Shown: positions 51,363-60,986 of the stretch, one piece after another
How the letters are laid out: the number at the start of each line of letters is the position of its first letter
Position numbering within the stretch: the stretch's first letter is position 1
Assembly (NCBI GenBank): GCA_001029755.1
Contig: CP011214.1
Location: 365,767-429,766, forward strand
Origin: Candidatus Woesebacteria bacterium GW2011_GWF1_31_35
GTDB lineage: Bacteria > Patescibacteriota > Microgenomatia > UBA8517
Direction of reading: 5' to 3'
Length of the DNA: 64,000 bases
Position numbers and translations under genes: made by a program
Notes under the pieces: generated by a model
Databases searched by the model: none
What the model was told of the DNA's origin: nothing
The model's input: only the letters and a program-made list of their open reading frames with translations

Positions 51363-52277
51363 TTACCTTTTCTTTGTCAAGTACTTCTTCAGGTTCAAAA
51401 TTAATAAAACTAAGAATAAACTTATTGCCATTAATGAAAATGGAAAAGCAAATGTAGTTACTTCAGTTTTTTTAATTTCTGCGCTTTCATCCATTCTAAA
51501 TTCTAAATTAGCCCTATAAATTCCAATAAGAGGCTTTTTAGCTATTTTGCAATCTATTAATTCTTCGTTATTAATACAAGGAATTTTTCTAGAATAACCC
51601 GAAAGAACATTTAAAGGAGCAAGAGTTAATGTGGAATTTAAATTCGTGCCTTGAACAATAATTTTGCCTGTTGGTTTCCAAAATGAATTTCCATTATTTT
51701 GTAAAATTAATGAGTAATTAATATTTGAAAGTGAATCAATTATAATTGGAGCTTTAAAAGTTGTTATCTCTGCTGATTTTTTTGGATTCCCGTCTTTTGA
51801 AATAGTGAGTAAAATATTACTTCCAATCTGTGTTTTGTAAAAAGATGCATTTTCTTCCAAAATGTCTGTGGGTTTGTCAGTTTCAAAGACTAAAGTTAAA
51901 AAATGATCTGTTTCAGAAGTACCCTCAGGTGGTGAAATTACTAAACTGACATCAATTTTTTCTGTAGATTTAATTGTAAATGGGTTTTTATCATACATTA
52001 CCCAGTCAGGAGCAAGATTTTCTGTTAAATCCACATTGCCATTTTCATCTGAAGGGACAAAATAAACTACTTTGGGAGTTAGGATTGTATCTCCGCCAAG
52101 ATTTTCTATACTAAAAACTTGTCTTATTTCTTTGTCTGGTTTAATCATCACTTCAAAAATTGGGGGAGTAATAGATAATGAAATTGCATTTTGTGCGTTT
52201 ACAATATTATTAGATAAAAATATAGAAATTAATAAAGATAATAGAGATAGTATTGTAACTAATTTATATTTTTTCAT
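51363..52277 (-). CDS. Secreted protein with a C-terminal TM anchor + KKYLTKKR tail
   Basis: Signal peptide MKKYKLVTILSLLSLLISIFLSNNIVNA; C-terminal AISLFLVLLILNL. Confidence 0.4.
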   Translation of the reverse strand: MKKYKLVTILSLLSLLISIFLSNNIVNAQNAISLSITPPIFEVMIKPDKEIRQVFSIENLGGDTILTPKVVYFVPSDENGNVDLTENLAPDWVMYDKNPFTIKSTEKIDVSLVISPPEGTSETDHFLTLVFETDKPTDILEENASFYKTQIGSNILLTISKDGNPKKSAEITTFKAPIIIDSLSNINYSLILQNNGNSFWKPTGKIIVQGTNLNSTLTLAPLNVLSGYSRKIPCINNEELIDCKIAKKPLIGIYRANLEFRMDESAEIKKTEVTTFAFPFSLMAISLFLVLLILNLKKYLTKKR

Positions 52278-52282
52278 TTTTA

Positions 52283-53014
52283 TTAATAACCAGGTATAGC
52301 CGTAAACATTATAATATTTTGATATGTTCCCGCAGGTTGTGTGTTTGAAACATTAACTTTATAAGTAATTGTTGCAACTCTTGATCTACCTACGTTAACC
52401 GAACTCATTATAGTTACTTTGCTCTCAGAATTACTGGTATCAGCAAATTGTCTAAAATATGTGGAATTAGTAAAGTCAGCTGGAATATCATCGCCTGTCA
52501 TATTAAAACCAAATCCATATTTTGAATTTGATGTCCAAACAGCAGCAGAAGTTTCGCTACAAGTTGTGTCACAGAGTGTATCAGGAATGGTATTTATTGA
52601 ATTAAAAGTCTTTAAAGGATTATTTTCAGAAGCCTTAACAGAATATCCTCCAGCCCCACCAGTTGAAACTGTTAGGGTTGAAGTATCAGTTGAGGGGGTA
52701 CCAACTGTTAATGATCCGAAATTAATTTGAATATCAGAAATTGAAAAAGAGAAAGGAATAATTGAATGGATGTATTGAAATCCTGCCTTGACTTTATAAC
52801 CTGCTGATGAATAAAGTCCAGGAGCACCTTGCCCTAGAGTTGAATCAAGCTTGAAATTAGAAGAAGAGGGAATCCCTGCACCAGAGTTAAAATTAGGGAA
52901 TTGTATACGGTAGTTAGGTGATTCAATTTTTGATTGTGCTGAGACAAAAGGAGAAAAGTAAGTAAACGAAAATAGTATTAAAATACTTAAGGTAAAAGAA
53001 AAGAAAGTTTTCAT
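52283..53014 (-). CDS. Secreted beta protein ending in QPAGTYQNIIMFTAIPGY (WxL-/SCPU-like C-terminus)
   Basis: Signal peptide; C-terminal motif. Confidence 0.45.
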   Translation of the reverse strand: MKTFFSFTLSILILFSFTYFSPFVSAQSKIESPNYRIQFPNFNSGAGIPSSSNFKLDSTLGQGAPGLYSSAGYKVKAGFQYIHSIIPFSFSISDIQINFGSLTVGTPSTDTSTLTVSTGGAGGYSVKASENNPLKTFNSINTIPDTLCDTTCSETSAAVWTSNSKYGFGFNMTGDDIPADFTNSTYFRQFADTSNSESKVTIMSSVNVGRSRVATITYKVNVSNTQPAGTYQNIIMFTAIPGY

Positions 53015-53385
53015 TTTTTACTATTTAATTCTTCAATCTCACTTTCTAGTACCTTTTCTTCATCTTTTAATACCTTAATAACTTCTTCTGCTTTTTCTTT
53101 TTTAATCTCGATTTTACGAAGTTTTGAAATAAGATAAATTATTATTCCCATTGAAATAAAGAAATAGATTACAAAAAGAAACGAATAGTGAAATATTTCA
53201 ACCCAAGCAATAACTAAAATTGAAGTAACTATAATAGTAGCAATATCAACCCACTTTCTAACTTTTAAAAAAGTCTGGTTTTTTTTGAATACAAAATAAG
53301 ATCCTGAGTATAAAACAATAATAATTGCCAAGATCCAAAGCATATATTTTAATTCTAAACTATTCTCCAATTTCTGTATAGACAA
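53011..53385 (-). CDS. Small membrane protein with a C-terminal coiled-coil
   Basis: 124 aa, 3 TM helices, EEVIKVLKDEEKVLESEIEELN. Confidence 0.35.
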   Translation of the reverse strand: MSIQKLENSLELKYMLWILAIIIVLYSGSYFVFKKNQTFLKVRKWVDIATIIVTSILVIAWVEIFHYSFLFVIYFFISMGIIIYLISKLRKIEIKKEKAEEVIKVLKDEEKVLESEIEELNSKK

Positions 53386-53589
53386 ATGGTTTTGGTGTGA
53401 GTTTCAAATTAGGAAATACCCATTTCTCAGCTTTTGACCAGTCTATATATTCGGTAGAATCTGCCTTTTGCCAAAAAAGTCCTTCTTCTTTTTCTGTTAT
53501 AAATTTTGGTATCCTTTTTAATTTTTTCATATTTTAGATAAGATGTGATAATTAACAGTTTAGTTAAAATAGGGTAGAATATCAATCAA

Positions 53590-55890
53590 ATGATATATGA
53601 TCATAGAAAAGTAGAAAAAAAGTGGCAGGAAAGATGGGAAAAAGAAAAACTTTATACTCCAAATTTAACTAATTCTAAGAATAAATTTTATAACCTTTGG
53701 ATGTTTCCATATCCATCAGCAGAAGGACTTCATGCAGGGCATGCATTTGCTTCAACTGGAAGTGATATCTATGGAAGATTTATGAGAATGAATGGCATGA
53801 ATGTATTTCAACCGTTTGGATATGATTCATTTGGAATCCATTCCGAAAACTATGCCATTAAAATTAATGAAAATCCTAATGAAGTAGTTAAAAGAACTAC
53901 AAAACACTATGAAGAACAAATGAGGTCAATGGGTCATGGATATGATTGGACAAAAACAGTAACTACATCAGATCCTGATTATTATAAATGGACACAATGG
54001 TTATTTATCCAGATGTATAAAAAAGGATTAGCCTATAAAAATAAAGCCTCAGTTAATTTTTGCCCATCTTGTAAAACAGTTCTTGCAGATGAACAAGTAG
54101 TAAGTCCCTCCCAAGCAGGTAAAGAACCAAAAGATAAAGATGGGAAAGTTGTTAAGGATGGTAAAGATTTAAAGGTATGTGAACGTTGTGGAACTTTAGT
54201 TTTGAAAAAAGATTTAGACCAGTGGTTTTTTAAAATTACAGATTATGCAGATAGACTTCTAGAAGGTTTAAATAAAATTAATTGGAGTGAAAGAGTAAAG
54301 ATAGCCCAAAAAGCATGGATAGGAAAATCTGAAGGAATGATTATTAATTTTGAAGTAGAAGGAAGTAAAGATACTTTAAGTGTGTTTACTACAAGACCAG
54401 ATACATTGGATTCAGCAACTTTTATAGCTAAATCTTCAAAAGAATTAGATACCTTGGAAGAAAGTAAAGAAAAATTAGGTAAGTTTACAGGCCTTTATGC
54501 AATTAACCCTATTAATGATAGGAGACTTCCCATTTGGGAAACTAATTATGTTGAAGGAAGTTATGGAACAGGTGTAATAATGGGAGTTCCTGCATACGAT
54601 GAAAGTGATATGGATTTTGCTAAAAAGTATGGTATTGATATAGTCGAAGAAGATTTAAATGAAATACTTTGGAAAGAGATTAAAGATAAAGGTTGGGGAG
54701 AAAAAAATACTAATTACCATTTAAGAGATTGGTTGGTAAGTCGACAGAGATATTGGGGAGCACCAATTCCTATGGTTAATTGTTCAAAATGTGGTTGGCA
54801 GACAGTATCTGAGGATGAACTTCCAATTCTTTTACCTAATATTTCAGATTATAAACCAGAGGGAACAGGAAAAGGACCTCTAGCAAATCATCCTGATTTT
54901 TATAAGACAAAATGTCCTAAATGTAATAGTGATGCTATCCGAGAAACAGATGTAATGGATACATTTGTAGATAGTTCATGGTATTTTTTAAGATATCCAA
55001 GTGTGGGAATAGAAAATAAACCTTTTGATAAAGAAGTTACTAAAAAATGGTTACCTGTTGATCTTTATTTTGGTGGAGCAGAGCATTCTGTGCTTCATTT
55101 AATGTATGCAAGATTTGTAACAATGGTTCTATCTGATTTAGGTTTAGTTTCTTTTGAAGAACCGTTTCCAAAATTTTTTGCTCACGGATTAATGATTAAA
55201 GATGGAGCCAAAATGAGTAAATCTAGGGGTAATGTGGTTAATCCTGATGAGTATATAGAAAAATACGGAGCAGATACATTAAGACTATATGTAATGTTTA
55301 TGGGTCCAATGGATGGTGATCCTGATTTTAGAGATACAGGAATTGAGGGGATGCAAAGGTTTACTAAACGTGTTTGGAATTTATTTCACAAACCTTTAAT
55401 AGAATCTGAAATTAAAGATCAGAAGATCTTATACAAAATGCATCAGACTATAATAAAGGTAACCAAAGATATACAAGAATATAAGTATAACACAGCAATT
55501 GCTGCAATTATGGAATATGTAAATGTATTAACTCCACTTGATAAATTAAACAAAGAATCTTTGATGGTTCTTGCAAAACTTCTCGCCCCATTTGCACCAC
55601 ACTTAACAGAAGAACTTTGGATAGAAATTTTAGATCAAAAGGGTTCAGTCCATATCACAAATTGGCCTAGGGGGATTGAAAGTTACACTAAAAATGAAAC
55701 AATAACTATTCCTGTACAAGTAAATGGAAAATTAAGGGGACAGATAGTTGTTGAATCAAGTAAGTTAAACTCCAAAGACGAAATATTAAAACTTGCAAAA
55801 GAGGATATAAAAGTTGCAAAATGGTTAAAAGGTGGAAAAGTTAAAAAAGAAATATTCATTCTTAATAAACTTATTAATTTCGTCGTCTAA
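53590..55890 (+). CDS. leuS: Leucine--tRNA ligase
   Basis: HIGH-type motif PYPSAEGLHAGH; zinc knuckles CPSCK/CERCG; KMSKS motif KMSKSRGN; 766 aa. Confidence 0.9.
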   Translation: MIYDHRKVEKKWQERWEKEKLYTPNLTNSKNKFYNLWMFPYPSAEGLHAGHAFASTGSDIYGRFMRMNGMNVFQPFGYDSFGIHSENYAIKINENPNEVVKRTTKHYEEQMRSMGHGYDWTKTVTTSDPDYYKWTQWLFIQMYKKGLAYKNKASVNFCPSCKTVLADEQVVSPSQAGKEPKDKDGKVVKDGKDLKVCERCGTLVLKKDLDQWFFKITDYADRLLEGLNKINWSERVKIAQKAWIGKSEGMIINFEVEGSKDTLSVFTTRPDTLDSATFIAKSSKELDTLEESKEKLGKFTGLYAINPINDRRLPIWETNYVEGSYGTGVIMGVPAYDESDMDFAKKYGIDIVEEDLNEILWKEIKDKGWGEKNTNYHLRDWLVSRQRYWGAPIPMVNCSKCGWQTVSEDELPILLPNISDYKPEGTGKGPLANHPDFYKTKCPKCNSDAIRETDVMDTFVDSSWYFLRYPSVGIENKPFDKEVTKKWLPVDLYFGGAEHSVLHLMYARFVTMVLSDLGLVSFEEPFPKFFAHGLMIKDGAKMSKSRGNVVNPDEYIEKYGADTLRLYVMFMGPMDGDPDFRDTGIEGMQRFTKRVWNLFHKPLIESEIKDQKILYKMHQTIIKVTKDIQEYKYNTAIAAIMEYVNVLTPLDKLNKESLMVLAKLLAPFAPHLTEELWIEILDQKGSVHITNWPRGIESYTKNETITIPVQVNGKLRGQIVVESSKLNSKDEILKLAKEDIKVAKWLKGGKVKKEIFILNKLINFVV

Positions 55891-56485
55891 TCAAAGGCTT
55901 ATATTATTTTTTCTATTAGGACTTGTCTTAATCGGTTTTGGCATATTTTTTTATAAAAACGGGGGATTATCCTCGGGGGATAAGGTAGAGGTTTTAAATT
56001 CTTCTACAGAAGGTGGAAATGATAGTTTAGAAATAGTTGTAGAAATTGCCGGAGCGGTTGAAAAACCTGGGGTTTATAAACTTCCTAATGATTCAAGAAT
56101 TGATGATTTATTAATTATTTCTGGTGGAGTTTCGGTGAATGCTGACAGGATTTGGATGGAAAAATACATAAATAGGGCAGCTAAATTAATAGATGGACAA
56201 AAAGTATTTATTCCAGACATTAGTAAGCAAATAAATAATGAGAGTGCTAATAATAATGTGGGTATCAAACTAGATCAAGGTACTTTTGGCAGTCAAACTT
56301 CAGGACTGATAAATATTAATACTTCAACCCTTTCAGAACTAGATAAACTGCCCGGAATTGGCCCTGTCTATGGGCAAAGTATCATTGAACACAGACCTTA
56401 CTCAACTTCAGAAGAATTGGTGTCAAAAGGAGCAATTAGTAAATCAGTCTATGAAAAGATAAAAAATTTAATAAGTGTCTTTTAA
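55832..56485 (+). CDS. comEA: ComEA-like DNA-binding competence protein (helix-hairpin-helix)
   Basis: N-terminal TM; C-terminal INTSTLSELDKLPGIGPVYGQSIIEHR HhH motif. The annotated start overlaps the leuS 3' end by 59 nt. Confidence 0.65.
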   Translation: MEKLKKKYSFLINLLISSSNQRLILFFLLGLVLIGFGIFFYKNGGLSSGDKVEVLNSSTEGGNDSLEIVVEIAGAVEKPGVYKLPNDSRIDDLLIISGGVSVNADRIWMEKYINRAAKLIDGQKVFIPDISKQINNESANNNVGIKLDQGTFGSQTSGLININTSTLSELDKLPGIGPVYGQSIIEHRPYSTSEELVSKGAISKSVYEKIKNLISVF

Positions 56486-57540
56486 TGAAAATCTTCATTT
56501 TTCTATTTATTATTATATTAATTTTAGTAAGATTTTTTTTACAAAAACCAAACTTTAAAAATGGAGATACTATAAGAATCACTGCAAGAGTTTTATCGGA
56601 ACCATTGGTTTTTTCAACGTCCCAATATTTAACTCTTGAAGGGATAAAGATGTATTTACCTAAAATACCCGAAATAACTTACGGAGATAAGGTAGTCGTT
56701 GAAGGAAAAGTTGATGGAAATAAATTAATTAACGCAAAATTGATAGAGTTTAAAGTTAAGAAAGCTGGGTTTTTATATAAATTTAGAAATAGTTTAATAA
56801 AATATTATAAAAGGATTCTTCCAGAGCCTTATAGTAGTCTAATTGCAGGAACTGTGATTGGGTCAAAAAATATGCCAGAAGACTTTTGGAATAAATTAAA
56901 AGCTACTGGTACTGCCCATGTAGTTGTTGCATCAGGCACAAATGTAACTTTGACAGCAGGATTTTTATTAAGTATCTCAACATACTTTTTAAAAAGAAAG
57001 AAAGCTATTTGGATATGTTTAGTCGGAATTATTATTTATATAGTTCTTTCTGGTTTTGATGCTCCAATTGTTAGGGCTGGAATAATGGGGGCAATTTTAT
57101 TCATTGCTCAAGAAAAAGGCAGGCTAGTTTCCGCATGGAGATTATTATTTTTAACCGGTTTAATTATGTTACTAATTAAACCTATTTGGATTACTGATCT
57201 TGGCTTTATATTATCCTTTGTTGCAACAGCCTCGTTAATGCTTTTTCAGAAAAGGATTAACAGTTTACTTAAATTTGTTCCAAATATACTTCGCGAAGGT
57301 TTATCAACCTCACTTGCTGCTCAAATAGGAGTAGCACCAATAATTTACGCAACATTCGGACAATTCAATATATTCTCACCTTTAATTAACGCATTAGTAT
57401 TATGGACAATTCCCTATATCATGATTTTAGGAGCAATTGGGGGAATAGTAGGCTTAGTTATTCCTATTTTAGGTAAAGTTATACTTTTAATTGCTTTTCC
57501 ATTAGTTTGGTGGTTTGTGGGAATAGTTAATCTTTTTTAA
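56485..57540 (+). CDS. comEC: ComEC/Rec2 membrane channel domain (DUF4131 + competence domain), encoded as a separate ORF
   Basis: Polytopic; adjacent to comEA; immediately followed by the MBL-domain ORF. Confidence 0.65.
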   Translation: MKIFIFLFIIILILVRFFLQKPNFKNGDTIRITARVLSEPLVFSTSQYLTLEGIKMYLPKIPEITYGDKVVVEGKVDGNKLINAKLIEFKVKKAGFLYKFRNSLIKYYKRILPEPYSSLIAGTVIGSKNMPEDFWNKLKATGTAHVVVASGTNVTLTAGFLLSISTYFLKRKKAIWICLVGIIIYIVLSGFDAPIVRAGIMGAILFIAQEKGRLVSAWRLLFLTGLIMLLIKPIWITDLGFILSFVATASLMLFQKRINSLLKFVPNILREGLSTSLAAQIGVAPIIYATFGQFNIFSPLINALVLWTIPYIMILGAIGGIVGLVIPILGKVILLIAFPLVWWFVGIVNLF

Positions 57541-58338
57541 ATGAAATACTTAATAAACTTAAGCTTGCTATCTCTAGTTGCAATATTTTTAGCAATTACT
57601 AATATTTCAAGTGATAATCTTTCAATAATTAATTGTGATGTAGGACAAGGGGATGCAACCTTAGTTCAATTTAAGAATAATCAAATATTAATTGATGGAG
57701 GTCCGGATAAATCTGTATTAAGTTGTTTGGGTGAGTATATGCCATTTTATGATAGGACTATAGAACTAGTAATTTTAACCCATCCAGAGAAAGATCACTT
57801 TGGAGGATTAATTGATGTATTTAAAAATTATAATGTTAGTAAATTTGGAACAACTAACAGTGAATCTGGCAGTCTAGAATATAAAGCGCTAATTAATGAG
57901 GTGGGGAGTAAGGGATCAGATAGTATAATCTTAGATAACAGGGTAAATCTTAGACTAGGAAAGATATATTTAGATATATTGAACCCTTCAAAGGAAACAA
58001 CTTTTAAAGGTTCAAATAATGATGGAGTAGTAGTTCTTTTAAAATATGATAAATTCAAGGCTCTTTTTACAGCAGATGTGGAAAATGAAGTTAGTGATTA
58101 CCTTTCGACAAATGATAAAGTCCAAAACGTTAACTATATCAAAGTAAATCATCATGGAAGTAAGAACGGACTGTCGGAAAAATTACTTCAGGCTACCAAG
58201 CCTAAAATTGCAGTTATTAGTGTAGGTGCTAAAAATTCATATGGACATCCCCACAAAGAAATATTAGACCTTTTGGAAAAATATAATGTAAAAATATTAA
58301 GAACAGATCAAATAGGTAATATAGAAATTGAAAATTGA
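57541..58338 (+). CDS. ComEC C-terminal metallo-beta-lactamase domain as a separate ORF
   Basis: INCDVGQGDATLV...HPEKDHFGG...VNHHGSKNG. Its start codon abuts the stop of the upstream ORF. Confidence 0.65.
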   Translation: MKYLINLSLLSLVAIFLAITNISSDNLSIINCDVGQGDATLVQFKNNQILIDGGPDKSVLSCLGEYMPFYDRTIELVILTHPEKDHFGGLIDVFKNYNVSKFGTTNSESGSLEYKALINEVGSKGSDSIILDNRVNLRLGKIYLDILNPSKETTFKGSNNDGVVVLLKYDKFKALFTADVENEVSDYLSTNDKVQNVNYIKVNHHGSKNGLSEKLLQATKPKIAVISVGAKNSYGHPHKEILDLLEKYNVKILRTDQIGNIEIEN

Positions 58339-58346
58339 TGGAACTT

Positions 58347-58673
58347 TTAAAACGAACGATATGATTTAGATAATTTCTTATTAATATTTTCCATTCTATC
58401 AAAAATAATTTTTCCATCAGTAGATCTTTTAATTGTGTGGATTATTCCACAAGGATATTTATTAACTTCAAGTGGAAGTATTTCAGAATTTTCTAATTTT
58501 TTCGGTATTAAGTTGTGATAGTTAACTTCAAAAAAATGTTTATTATTGTTTTCTGTTCCTACTGTAGCCATTCTATCAAAAATAATTTTTCCATTTGAGG
58601 CTGTCACGGTAGTATGGGTTATTCCACGATGACTTTCATCAATTTCAACTTTGGCTCCATTTTCTATTAACAT
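58347..58673 (-). CDS. Small protein with an internal duplication (NGKIIFDRM ... DGKIIFDRM); unknown
   Basis: 108 aa, two ~45-aa repeats. Confidence 0.3.
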   Translation of the reverse strand: MLIENGAKVEIDESHRGITHTTVTASNGKIIFDRMATVGTENNNKHFFEVNYHNLIPKKLENSEILPLEVNKYPCGIIHTIKRSTDGKIIFDRMENINKKLSKSYRSF

Positions 58674-58752
58674 AAGTTTACAGGCAGATTATCACACAAA
58701 AAATTAAAAATATATAGTTATCAGTTATAAAATTCTGGTAGAATATAAAAGT

Positions 58753-60435
58753 ATGAAGGAAGAAATATTAAATACATTAAAAGAAATAACTAAAGAAGAG
58801 ATTATTCAGATAGATATTCCAGAAAATACTTTATTTGGAGATTATAGCTCAAATATAGCCATGATTATGGCAAAGAAAGAAGGTAAAAATCCTTACACTT
58901 TGGCTGAAGAAATTGTAGCTAAATTACAAGGTAAGAAAAATATTAAATTAATTTTTGAAAAAATAGAAGTTGCAGGGGCTGGATTTATTAATTTTTACAT
59001 TGCAAAGGATATTTTACTTAATAATTTAAAGAAAGTTGATGAGAAATATGGTAATTCTGATTTAAACAAGGGAAAAATAACAATAGTTGAGTATTCTTCT
59101 CCAAATATTGCTAAACCGTTTACAATTGGCCATTTAAGATCAACCATTATTGGAGACGCAGTTGCTAATTTACTTGAAGCTTCGGGTTGGAAAGTATTTA
59201 GAGATAACCATTTGGGGGATTGGGGAACGCAGTTTGGAAAAATGATTTATGCAATTAAAACTTGGGGTAATGAGGGAAAAATTAGCAAATTGGATAATCC
59301 TGTCAAAGAATTAGTTACTCTATATGTCAAGTTCCATGAAGAGGCTGAAAAAAATATAAATTTAGAAGATGAAGGTCGGAAATGGTTTAAAAAACTAGAA
59401 GAGGCAGACCCAGAAGCCAAAAGAATATGGAAAAGATGTATAGATTGGAGTTTTGTTGAGTTTGATAGAATTTATAAGAGCCTAAATGTCTCTTTTAGTA
59501 AAGAATTTGAAAATGGAAGAGGATTGGGTGAATCTTTCTTTGTAAATAGAATGAGTGGGGTAATTTCAGAATTAGAAGAGAGAAAACTACTTAAAATTGG
59601 TAAAGAAGGAGCAAAATTAGTTTTCTTTGAGAAGGATAAATATCCTCCTGCAATGATTATTAAAAAAGATGGAACAACTTTATATCACACTAGGGATTTG
59701 GCAACAGATAAATACAGGCTCGAAAAATATAATCCTGATCTAATAATTAATGAAGTAGGTTCAGAACAAACACTTTACTTTAGACAGCTTTTTGAGATGG
59801 AAAAACTACTGGGTTGGTTTAAAGAGGGACAAAGAATTCATCTAGGACATGGTCTTTACCGTTTCAAAGAAGGAAAAATGTCTACAAGAAAAGGAAATGT
59901 TATTTGGATGGAGGATGTTTTAAAAGAAGCGATTGAAAAAGCTACAAAATTAGGGTCAAAAGGTAAAATTTCTAAAATTGTGGCGATAGGAGCTTTAAAA
60001 TATAATGATTTAAAAAGAGATCCAAAAACAGAAATTGTTTTTGATTGGAATGAAATTCTAAATATGAATGGTAATTCTGGACCATATCTTCAATATACCT
60101 TCGCAAGAACCCGAAGCGTACTTTTCAAAAGTAAAAGTATTAATAAAGTTTATGATGCAGTTAATATAAACAGTGAAGAAGAGGCAATTCTTCGTGCAAT
60201 TGTTCATTTTCCTGAGGTTATTTTAATCTCTTCTTCAAATTATGCACCAAATTTACTTTGCAATTATTTATTTGAATTAGCTTCGAAATTTAATACTTTT
60301 TATAATAAACATTCAATTTTAACTAATGAAAATGAATCCGTAACTTCCTTTAGATTGAATTTAACTAAATCAGTAGGACAAATTATTAAAAATGGACTTA
60401 ATATACTAGGCATTGAGGCTCCAGAACGAATGTAA
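58753..60435 (+). CDS. argS: Arginine--tRNA ligase
   Basis: Class I signature SSPNIAKPFTIGHLRSTIIGD; 560 aa; C-terminal anticodon-binding (DALK-type) domain. Confidence 0.85.
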   Translation: MKEEILNTLKEITKEEIIQIDIPENTLFGDYSSNIAMIMAKKEGKNPYTLAEEIVAKLQGKKNIKLIFEKIEVAGAGFINFYIAKDILLNNLKKVDEKYGNSDLNKGKITIVEYSSPNIAKPFTIGHLRSTIIGDAVANLLEASGWKVFRDNHLGDWGTQFGKMIYAIKTWGNEGKISKLDNPVKELVTLYVKFHEEAEKNINLEDEGRKWFKKLEEADPEAKRIWKRCIDWSFVEFDRIYKSLNVSFSKEFENGRGLGESFFVNRMSGVISELEERKLLKIGKEGAKLVFFEKDKYPPAMIIKKDGTTLYHTRDLATDKYRLEKYNPDLIINEVGSEQTLYFRQLFEMEKLLGWFKEGQRIHLGHGLYRFKEGKMSTRKGNVIWMEDVLKEAIEKATKLGSKGKISKIVAIGALKYNDLKRDPKTEIVFDWNEILNMNGNSGPYLQYTFARTRSVLFKSKSINKVYDAVNINSEEEAILRAIVHFPEVILISSSNYAPNLLCNYLFELASKFNTFYNKHSILTNENESVTSFRLNLTKSVGQIIKNGLNILGIEAPERM

Positions 60436-60443
60436 GAGTATTT

Positions 60444-60986
60444 TTATAAAATTGGTTTATTTTCAGATTCATCAAGTTGTTCTTTAAGTTTTCTTTCAAT
60501 ATAACCAGCATCTATTTCACTTGTCATTTCATTTAAATCTTTATCATCTTTTAAATTCTTTTGATCTCTCAATATTTGTTTCAAAAGATTTAAGATTTTT
60601 GTTATCTCTCGTTCAGATATAAGTTCAACTTGAAGTCCTAATTCATTTCTTAATATATCTCTTTGGCCTTCTCTGTTTTGACTCATCAAAACTATAATAG
60701 TAAGAAAAATAGCTTCAATAGATACAAAAGAATTCATAAAAGAGTAAGGGTAGGGATCAACTATTGGAAATCCTGGAATTTTACCTGAATTTGCATACAT
60801 CCAAAATCCATACACAATAATATTAATAATAAAAAAACTCATAGTACCAAAATAGGAGGTTAATAAATCCGCGATTTTAATAGGTAATGGCCTTTTTTTA
60901 AGATATTCTGCTTCGAAACTTTTGATAATATGTTGTGATTTGTGACGGTGGTTAATGGACATAAATTTATTATATACTACTAGCAA
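60444..60986 (-). CDS. DUF1003-family membrane protein
   Basis: Two TM helices; conserved VLMSQNREGQRD block; C-terminal coiled-coil. Confidence 0.45.
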   Translation of the reverse strand: MLVVYNKFMSINHRHKSQHIIKSFEAEYLKKRPLPIKIADLLTSYFGTMSFFIINIIVYGFWMYANSGKIPGFPIVDPYPYSFMNSFVSIEAIFLTIIVLMSQNREGQRDILRNELGLQVELISEREITKILNLLKQILRDQKNLKDDKDLNEMTSEIDAGYIERKLKEQLDESENKPIL

